64,000 nt of DNA from an uncultured delta proteobacterium. Lineage in GTDB: Bacteria > Myxococcota_A > Polyangia > Polyangiales > Polyangiaceae. The position numbers and the translations under genes were made by a program. The notes beneath the pieces are model-generated. The model did no database searches, was not told the DNA's origin, and was given only the letters and a program-made list of their open reading frames with translations. Of the stretch, positions 20,424 to 28,900 are shown piece by piece; the stretch's first letter is position 1, and each line of letters begins with the position of its first letter. Location of the stretch: NCBI GenBank assembly GCA_963716725.1, contig CAVQUB010000005.1, positions 1 to 64,000 on the forward strand, read 5' to 3'.

Positions 20424-21763
20424 GCGATCAACGTCCGCCCCTTCGGGCATCGCGAAGCGCGTCACTGCCACGCGCTCGTGCTCGACGGCGTGTACGTGCA
20501 TCAAGACGACGACCCCCGCGCTCCGCTCGAGTTCCTCGAGCTCGACGCGCCTTCCCACGCGGACATCGCCGAGGTGGCGGCGCGCACCGCGGCGCGCATT
20601 GAGAAGATCCTGCGTGAGCACGGCCGAAGCCTTGACCCCGAGCGCGACGACGGCACCCCGCCCGAGCTCGCCCTCGACGACCCTGGGGAATCCTCGACGG
20701 GGGACGAGCCCGGGCTCGCCGCCTGCTACGCCGCCGCGGCGCGAGGCGTCTCCGTCAGCGGCGAACGCGCCGGAAAGCTGCCCCTGCGGCTGATCACCTC
20801 GCCGGAGTCGACCGCGCGCCCACGCGCCGCTGGCGCCACCGACGAGCCCATCGCCGAGGTGCGCGGCATCAACATCCACGCCGCCCAAGCCATCGACGGC
20901 CGCGATCGCCGTCGCGTGGAGCGAATCTGTCAGTACGACCCTTGGAAGTCCCCGACGGGGGACATCACGCGCCCCCCGGTCGCGCAGGACCGCCTCGAGC
21001 GCCGCGCTGACGGCAAGCTCGAACTCAGCTTCAAGCGTGCTTGGCGTGACGACCCTTGGAAGTCCCCGACGGGGGGCGGCACACGCGCGCTGGTCTTCGA
21101 GCCCGCCGACCTCATCCCGCGCCTCGTCGCCGCGGTGCCACCACCTCGCTGGCATTTGTTGCGGTACTTCGGCGTGCTCTCCCTCTTCAGGGACTTCCAA
21201 GGGTCGTCGAGCCACTCGTCGCGACGGCGCCTCGTCGTGCCCACACCGCCGGCGGACGCGACCGCGAACAAGCCTCCGCCAGCCCGCGGCGATCAGCTCG
21301 AGCTACTTGGCGAGAAGGACGACGCGCCGGTGCAGCGCAAACGATGGGCATGGATGCTGGCCATTGTCCCCGCTGCTCCGGTCCAATGCGACGCGCTTCG
21401 CGATACTCGCAGGAGTGCTGGGCCGAGGTCGCAACGACCCGGGCCGCCATCACGCGCTTGCTCTCCGAGCACGACCCTGGGAAGTCCCTGAAGAGGGCCG
21501 GTCTCGGGGCTCGAGCGCCGCCGCCTCAGCACGCGAGCCTCCGCGTGCCCGAGCAGCTCGTGTTGGGGTTCGGGGAAGGGTGAGGCTTCGTCGCGGGACT
21601 CGCCAAGGCGGTGCTCCATGCTCGGTGGCGCCTTCTGCCTCGCAGTGACGGTCCGCAGCGGCAATCAGTGCTCAGCCAGCCGCCCAGACCTGCCTCTCGA
21701 CCTCCAACCGACACGCGCGTACTCTTCGACTCGGTGGGTTTTGGCAGATGGAATTTCCTACGC
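20424..21763 (+). mobile_element. IS91/ISCR-family transposase 3' relic with seven 27-nt insertions and an oriIS-like end
   Basis: Paralogue of 10129-11308, including the HUH motif (HCHALVLDGVY). Insertions at 20436-20462, 20677-20703, 20935-20961, 21049-21075, 21181-21207, 21391-21417, 21471-21497. End motif GCAGATGGAATTTCCTACGC. Confidence 0.85.
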
Positions 21764-21808
21764 GCAGGGAGAACGCGAGCCAGACCGCGCTACCCTGACC
21801 CCTGACCC

Positions 21809-22669
21809 ATGGACCACTTCGTTGCCTACCACAGCGTCGAACTCATGGGCCACGACTACAGCCCTGAGGACCAGTTCGACTATCGCAGCCGAAAACCAGA
21901 ACCGTTCCTCCGCGCCTCGCTCGGGGCTCTGGTCTGGCTCATCGTTGGTAGCCGCGGGACGAAACGGACGCAGTATCGTCTCGCCGGGGTCTACACGCCA
22001 ACGTCCGTGCGACAAGGTGCTGACGGCCAGATCGTCGAAGGCTGGGGAACGCCGTTGCGTCCCCCCCCGGTTCTGAGCAATTTGCCATGGTTTTCTGGAT
22101 TTCTGCGCGCCCAGGCGAACTTTAGTCTCGGCTTCAACCGGTTGACGGACGCGTTTGCCATTCAAGCGTTGAGCCAATTGGTGGCTGACTCGGAGCGCGC
22201 GCCGTTCGACGACGCCTCGCGCCTTGGGAGCCCAGAACTCGCGTTCGATCCGGAGAACTTTGTCGATGCCCGCGATCGCGTCATGACAACCATCGTCCGA
22301 CGCCGGGGTCAGCCTGGCTTTCGGGCCGCGCTGCTGCAGGCCTACGGTTCGACGTGTGCCTTCTCGGGATGTGCTGTCGAAGATGTCTTGGATGCCGCGC
22401 ACATCGTGCCGTATCGAGGCGTTGAGACGAACCACGTCCAGAATGGGCTGCTGCTGCGGACCGATCTGCACGCGCTGTTTGATCTGGGGCTTCTTGCCGT
22501 TGACGCTGGCACAATGGGGATTCTCGTTTCCCCGGCGCTCGAGGCGTCCGAATACGCGCAATTCGTGGACCGCTCGCTTCGCGTGCCGGCGGAAACAGAT
22601 CGGGCGCCTTCGGCAGCAGCGCTTGAACATCATCGCGTGAAGACCGGATTGACTCCACGTTGCAAGTGA
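21809..22669 (+). CDS. HNH endonuclease, putative restriction/defence protein
   Basis: RRGQPGFRAALL.AYG..CAFSG...LDAAHIVPY...NGLLLRTDLHALFDLG. Confidence 0.85.
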   Translation: MDHFVAYHSVELMGHDYSPEDQFDYRSRKPEPFLRASLGALVWLIVGSRGTKRTQYRLAGVYTPTSVRQGADGQIVEGWGTPLRPPPVLSNLPWFSGFLRAQANFSLGFNRLTDAFAIQALSQLVADSERAPFDDASRLGSPELAFDPENFVDARDRVMTTIVRRRGQPGFRAALLQAYGSTCAFSGCAVEDVLDAAHIVPYRGVETNHVQNGLLLRTDLHALFDLGLLAVDAGTMGILVSPALEASEYAQFVDRSLRVPAETDRAPSAAALEHHRVKTGLTPRCK

Positions 22670-22810
22670 CGAGCCTTTCGCCTACGCGCGGGTCGCGCAG
22701 CTGAACGCTGACGGTTTGGAGGGAGTCAGTGTCCTGCCCGATCCCTTCGGCCCACCCCCACCCGTCAGCCCCCGCCCGCCCCTCACCCAATCCCCAGATT
22801 CCTCCGCTCG

Positions 22811-22882
22811 GGTTGCCCCCCCTCGCCTCACTGCGCTCGGCGGTCCCCCCCTTAATCGCGCTGCGCGCGATTGGGGGGACGC
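22811..22882. repeat. Compact member of the E1/E2 structured-element family (E3)
   Basis: GGTTGCCCCCC-T-CGCC-TCAC-TGC-GCTC-GGCG-GTCCCCCC...GGGGGGAC. Confidence 0.6.
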
Positions 22883-23019
22883 GTTCGCTTGGTTGTCGCG
22901 GCCGGTGCACGAGAATAAACTTGAACCTTCACTTCCTCTCGGAAACCGGAACCTAAATCGGGAGCTTCTGTCGCGAACCGACGTGAACCGAGGCGATCCG
23001 AGGTGTTACGAGACGCCGA

Positions 23020-23538
23020 TCACGCCGTTCGGCTTCGTTGAGCGACGTTTCCGACGATTCGCCGACGATTGGAGGCGGTCCGCTGGCCCCGCCTTGGAGT
23101 GCTCGAAGGACGGCTCTTCCGCGTGTCGCTCGGTCCCGTTCGAAGCTCTTCCAACCGGCGAGGATCGGTGGCCAGCAGCGTGAGCAGGTGCGTCATCGGG
23201 ACACTCGGCGTCTGACTTCCCGCCTCGTACTTCTGGAAGGCCCTCGGCCCACCACCGAGCAACTCGCCCGCCTTGCGCTGGCTGAGCCCGAGCTTCTCCC
23301 GGATGGCCGCGACCTCTGCGGGGGGAAGGACTTGCTCCGCCTTTGCCTTCAGGTCCTGGAGGGCTCGGCTGTACTTGCGGAGATCCTCTCCGCTCAGGAT
23401 CCCTTCGCCGCACGAGTCGCACCACCATCCGGTGACCCGAACCTTCCCCTCCAAGTCGCGGTACTTGAGGGGACGAACCTTCCGTCCGAACTTCATCGTG
23501 CCGCCGCATTCGGGGCACGCCTGGGTCTTGGTTTTCAT
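23020..23538 (-). CDS. mqsA: MqsA-family antitoxin (zinc finger plus HTH)
   Basis: CPECG...WCDSCGE...IREKLGLSQRKAGELLGGGPRAFQKYEAG. Confidence 0.85.
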   Translation of the reverse strand: MKTKTQACPECGGTMKFGRKVRPLKYRDLEGKVRVTGWWCDSCGEGILSGEDLRKYSRALQDLKAKAEQVLPPAEVAAIREKLGLSQRKAGELLGGGPRAFQKYEAGSQTPSVPMTHLLTLLATDPRRLEELRTGPSDTRKSRPSSTPRRGQRTASNRRRIVGNVAQRSRTA

Positions 23539-23540
23539 GA

Positions 23541-23846
23541 CTACTTGTCCTTCAGCGAGATCAGCAGGTAGCCGGATTCGTCCGTCGTGAACTTCACGTA
23601 GAGGATCCGGGCCTCGAACGGCAGGTGGTACACGTCCTGCCAGATGCGGTGGTCTCCAATCGAGGTCATCGACTTGTAGAAGTGGGCACGCTCGACGGTC
23701 TGAACGAGGTCCACGATCCCGGCGTCGGAGAGCCCAAGGTCGAGCGTTGCGAACGTCAAGCTGGACTCGGTGAGCCGGAGGCCGTCCACCGTGGAGAAGG
23801 TAGCCTTGATCGAGACGAGGTCGTAGTGGGGACGCCTCTTCTCCAT
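23541..23846 (-). CDS. mqsR: MqsR-family mRNA interferase toxin
   Basis: MEKRRPHYDL..IK...FYKSMTS..DHRIWQDVYH...YVKF...LISLKDK. Confidence 0.9.
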   Translation of the reverse strand: MEKRRPHYDLVSIKATFSTVDGLRLTESSLTFATLDLGLSDAGIVDLVQTVERAHFYKSMTSIGDHRIWQDVYHLPFEARILYVKFTTDESGYLLISLKDK

Positions 23847-24376
23847 TGCGACCTGTGGAGCATGGCACCTCTAAGGAGCCACGTCAAGAGCAGCCGATCA
23901 CTCCGTTCGGCGTCGTTGAATGGCCAGAAAGCCTACCGGAACAACTTGGAGAGCGCCGAGCGGCGCACGGAGACGAAGGGGGCCCCGTCCGGCGGGGCGA
24001 TAGGTACCAAGCTGGTTGTCGCCCGGTCCCTCGGCCGGCACGTACACCAAGCTCGTCATCCGCTTTCGTGGCCCGTTCTGCTACCTCGATGCTCATCGGA
24101 AGGGTGAGGACTACCATTCCAGCTCTTCTTGCTGCTGCTGGGGCCAGTGAAGTCCAGCAGCTCGTCAGCGAGCACGGGGCGGTGCCGGTGATCGTGATCG
24201 ACGAGGATGGTGTGGCAGCGGTGTCGTTCTGCCAGGTCGGACCGAGGTTCGATGCCAGCATGACGAATCTCTCCGAGCGACGCCGCTGGAGCGCCCCCAA
24301 CGCTGAAGAAGCCGAACACGGCTGTGATGTCCGTGACCTTCGACGACTCGACCAGGAAGGAGTAATCTTGAACCCG

Positions 24377-24601
24377 ATGCACGCCTTGAAGGCCCAGGTG
24401 AAGAACGGCCGTCTCGTTCTCGACGAACCGACTGATCTGGCGGAAGGCAGGGAGGTCGAGCTTTTCGTCCTGGACGACGAAGAGTTCGCCCCGGAGGAGA
24501 AGGCTCGGTTGCTCCAGGCCATCGAGGACGGGGTCGAAGATTTCGAGCGGGGCGACCACATGGACGGCTTCGAGTTCATCGCCCAGCTACGAGCCAAATG
24601 A
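24377..24601 (+). CDS. Small antitoxin-like protein; partner gene apparently removed by the ISCR fragment
   Basis: LKAQVKNGRLVLDEPTDL.EG.EVEL...L.QAIE....D.ERG; its stop overlaps an ATG at the start of the duplicated ISCR block. Confidence 0.55.
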   Translation: MHALKAQVKNGRLVLDEPTDLAEGREVELFVLDDEEFAPEEKARLLQAIEDGVEDFERGDHMDGFEFIAQLRAK

Positions 24602-25428
24602 GTCGGAGGTCGGAATTCACGCGTTGCACAGCGGTGATCGCGCCGCTCTGGCCTTTGCCCACGCGGTAGAGGTCGCGCATCGTGCGGCGGTAGAAGCCGA
24701 GCACGCTGTCGGCGAACAGTCGCGTGATCCGGCTGAGCAGCTCGCGGTCGTAGGCGACGCGGGCGCGGAGCTCGAACGGCAAGGTGAGAACCCACTGCCT
24801 GAGCGGAGCACGCGACGGCAGAACATGGTCGATCCAATTCGCCGCTGACTCGGCCATCGTTCTGCCCAGGCACGAGGGGCACCATGCGCGTCCCTTGCAA
24901 GAAAACGCGACCAAGAGCTTCGCGCGGCACTTCGGGTCTTGGCATTGAAGAAATCCAAAACCGTGCGCCAGGATTCCGCACTCGAGGTAGCCCTCGAACT
25001 CATCCCTCACGAACGCCGGCAACAGCGCGATGATCTCTTCGGTCTGCGGCGGCTTCGAGCGTGCGGTAGTTCTCGGCGACGACCTGGTAGAAGTCGCTGA
25101 GCTCCGGTCGCCGGCGTCGATATTCGACGCCGCTGCCATCCGAAGTTGCGTCCGAGATCGGCAGCGCGGCGGCCATCGCCGCGCCCGAGCGCACACGGCG
25201 TGCCGACCCCGCCCGGGGCGAGAACGCCGCAAATTACCGTGTTGCAGGCGCTCGGGTGGGTGGCGAAACGCCGGCCGCCGGCGGCGGCCGCCACTGCCCA
25301 CCGCTGCGCGCTACCCCGCCGCCGCCGCGAACCCCAGCGACGCACCCGATTCCGGCGCTCGCATCACCAGCATCAGACGCGTCCGTTCCCTGGCAAGCCA
25401 GGGTCCGAAGCTCGTGAACCACGCCGGC
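24599..25428 (-). mobile_element. Duplicated 5' part of the ISCR-like element (copy of 34414-35242)
   Basis: ~830-nt near-identical repeat containing the zinc-binding region (CG.L.HGF...C...FSCKGR.WCPSC); 1-nt frameshift near 25040. Confidence 0.9.
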
Positions 25429-25440
25429 GCGTCCCTTCCC

Positions 25441-25516
25441 GGGGTGGTAGCTCAGCTGGGAGAGCGCCTGGATGGCATCCAGGAGGTCTGGGGTTCGATT
25501 CCCCACGGCTCCACCA
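25441..25516 (+). tRNA. tRNA-Ala(GGC)
   Basis: Cloverleaf with GGC anticodon, G3:U70 pair, TTCGA T-loop and encoded CCA; one G-G mismatch in the acceptor stem. Confidence 0.9.
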
Positions 25517-25952
25517 ATGCAATGAATTCGAACCCCCCTCCGCAACTTGCAGGAGGTTGAGGCTCTTGAGCTTGCAGGTGCCAGGCGCTTCCGAGACCGA
25601 CCCGTCGGGCGGCTTCGCAACGGGCGCAGCGCCCACCCGCCGATAGCGGACATGGTGGATCGGGCCCGGCAGCGGGCGACTGCCGACGTTCTCAAGGTTG
25701 CGCGCGCAGATGGCGTTCGCGTCGGCATGAGCGCTCTTCAAGTCGGTCTTCACGTGGGTGCCGAGTCCGCGCGCGGTGCTGCGCATGGCCGATGCAACGC
25801 AGGAAGATGCTCAGGCGCCCCTCAAGCCGTCAACACCGTGCGGAGTTGCCCTGTAAACTGGGCTCTGCACCCACCACCGTTCGCCGCGCCCGCCACTGAG
25901 CGCGCCCGGCACCCAGCTGGCCGACATCGACGGGGACGGCGCGCTCGACCTG

Positions 25953-28900
25953 GTGCTGAAGAGCGGGCTCGCCGAGTTCCGATTCTTCCCTGGGAAGTCG
26001 GCGACCAGCTTCGGCGCCAAGGTCCAGATCCCCACGGTTCCGAACGTCGACTTCGACGACCCGAACGTGCAGCTCGCGGATCTGGACGGCGACCGCCGCG
26101 CAGACGCGGTGATCTCGGCGGCGAGCGGGTGGGCCGTGGCCTACAACCTGGGCGGAAGCGACTTCGCCGCGCCCGCGAAGCTGGGCGTGATCGACGCGAA
26201 GCAAACGCTCCACTTCGCCGATGGCCACACCTCGCTCTGCGACGTCAACGGCGATCGCGTCGAGGACGTCTGCTACTTGATCCCGGGTTCGCTCGCCTAC
26301 TGGCTCGGACGCGGTCGGGGCGTCTTCGAGCCCGCGGCGTCGGGAAGCGGCGTGCCCACGTTCGAGGCCTCGAGCCCTTGGGAGCTCCGCGACCTGAACG
26401 GCGACGGCTGGGTCGATCTCGTGCACGTCGGCGTGGGCCAGGTGCGCTTCGCCCTCGCCGTGGCGCCGGGCCAGTTCGGCCCCGAGCGCAGCATCGGTGG
26501 CGTCCCTCAGAAACTCCCGAGCACGGTTGTACGCTTCGCCGACATGAACGCTTCCGGCACTACCGACGTCGTGTGGGTCGACGTGACCGGAGCGCCGAGC
26601 GCCGCCTGGCGCTACCTCGAACTCTTCCCAAACGGTCGCGCCGGCCTACTGCGCAAGATCGACAACGGCTTCGGCGGCACAACCACCATCGCGTACGGCA
26701 CCGCCGCCCAGGACGCCGCCGCCGCCCGCGCCGCCGGCAAGCCTTGGGACACACGGATCAACGTCGCGCTGCCCGTGGTGAAGGGCGTTCGGTTCGACAG
26801 CGGGCTCTCGGATCCTGCCCAGACGACGGAGTACGTCTACCAGGACGGCTCCTACGACGTCGCCGCACGCACCTTCGCCGGGTTCGGGGGCGGCGAAGAG
26901 ACCGTCGTCGGCGACTCGAGCACGCCGACTTTGATCACCAGCAGCCGCTTCGACGTCGGGCTCGTGCACCGCGTGCTGCGCGGTGCGGTGCTCAGCGTCG
27001 AGACCCGAAGCGAGACGGGGAAACTCTTCACGCGTGTGGAGAACCAGCACGCTGTCTTGCCGGTGGCCAAGGGTCTCGACGGCCGCGCCATCGAGTACGC
27101 CTACCGCTCGAGCGAGGCGAAGCAGATCGCGGAGGGCGTCGACCCCGCGCTCGCGCGGCACACGCTCGCGGAGTGGGAGCACGACGAGTGGGGGAACGAG
27201 ATCGCCCATCGTGACTTCGGCGAGGTGGTCGCCGGTGACGTGCTGGCGGGCAACGACGAGCGCATCACGCTGGCGACCTACGCTCAAGACACGGCGAACT
27301 GGGTCCTCGGGCGCCCCGCAACCCGCGAGGTGCAGAGCGCCGCGGGCAAGCGTTTCTCGCTCGTCCGGACGTACTACGACGGCAAGGCCTTCGAGGGGCT
27401 CTCGCTGGGAAAAGTGATGCGCGGTGACGCCACCCGCATCGAGCAATGGGCCGGTCCGGAGAAGGATCGGTTCGTCCTCACCACCGCAAACGCGCACGAC
27501 GCCCACGGCAACGTGACCGAGAGCCGTGACGCGGCCGCCGGTGCCCGGCGCTTCGCGTGGGATCCGGTCGACCACACGTCGCTGCTCGGCGAGACGCTCG
27601 TGCTCGAGGGCCGCGAGCTCGAGGCCACCACCCAGGTGCACCGGCCGAGCGGCAAGCCGCTGAGCGTGACCGGATTCGACGGGCAGAAGACCCTCTTGGC
27701 GTACGACGCGCTCGGCCGACTGACGGCCATCGCGCGGCCGGGCGACACTCTGGAAGCGCCGACCTTGGCGTACGAGTACCTGCTGAGCGCGCCGCTGTCG
27801 CGCATCGTCACTCGTTCGCGAATCTGGAGCGGAAAGGACGAAGTCGAGATCCAGGAGAGCCTGATCGATTCGCGCGGCAAGAGCCGCGGCCGGATGTTGC
27901 GTGACGGCGCGGAGCGTTGGGTGCTGGACGGGGTTACGCTCTTCGATGCGCGCGGCAACGCCCGACGCGACGTTTTACCTCGCTTCCTGACCCTGGCGGA
28001 GCACGACTCGCCGCCGCTCCTCGACGAAGCCCCTGGCACCCAGCAGCGACGCGACGCCATCGGGCGAGTCATCGAGCGGCGCCTGCCCAGCGGCATCCAG
28101 AGTCGGATCGAATACATGCCCCTCGGCAAACGGACGTGGGACGGGGCGGCGAACGATCCCGCCTCGCCCTACGAGCACACCCCCGCGGTGGAGGCGATGG
28201 ATGGGCTGGGCCGGCTTCTGTCCATCTCGCACACGCTCGAAGGCAAGCTCCTGACGGAGAGCTACGAGTACGACGCGGCCGACAACCTCTTGTCGAAGGT
28301 CGATCCCGAGGGACACGTGTCGCGCTTCGCCTACGACGGCCGCGGCCTTCGGATCGCCATCGACGACCCGGACGCCGGCAAGCACACGCTCGCATACGAC
28401 GACGCCGGCAACCTGGTCGAGCACCGACGGCCCGACGGCACCATCGGTCGCGACCGCTTCGACCGCTTGGGGCGCAAGCTGAGCGAGGACTGGGACGGCG
28501 ACGGCGAGCCCGAGGTCGAGCTCGAGTACGACGAGCACCCGGACCGCCCCGGGGACCCGAGCGCGCGCGGCCGGCTGGTGATCACGCGGGACGCGAGCGG
28601 CTCGATCACGCGGAGCTACGACCCGCGCGGGAACGTGGTGCGCCTGCACCAGATCGTCGAGGGCGAGAGCTACGTGTCCGAGATGCGCTACGACGCGCAA
28701 GACCGGCTCTATCTCCATGGTTACCCTGACGGTTCGTCGCTCCGGCTCCACCGCAACGAGCGCGGGCAAATCTCCCGTTACGGCAGAGCAGTGGAGATCG
28801 CCCTCGACGCCGACGGGCAGGAGACGCAACGCACGTTCAACACCGGCGTCACCCAGCTGTTCGGCTACGACGACGATCGCCTGCCGCGCGCGAGCCGAGT

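Larger units (their letters stand above)
23015..23919. repeat. 27-bp imperfect direct repeats flanking mqsRA
   Basis: GCCGATCACGCCGTTCGGCTTCGTTGA (23015-23041) and GCCGATCACTCCGTTCGGCGTCGTTGA (23893-23919), 2 mismatches. Confidence 0.7.

Noticed and set aside
20436..21497. CRISPR array formed by the 27-nt repeats
   Set aside because: Spacing is irregular (about 50-230 nt), orientation is mixed, the intervening DNA is contiguous transposase sequence and no cas genes are present.
25830..25870. Possible IS terminal repeat truncating the Rhs gene (TGTAAACTGGGCTCTGCA)
   Set aside because: No matching second end or transposase found in the window.
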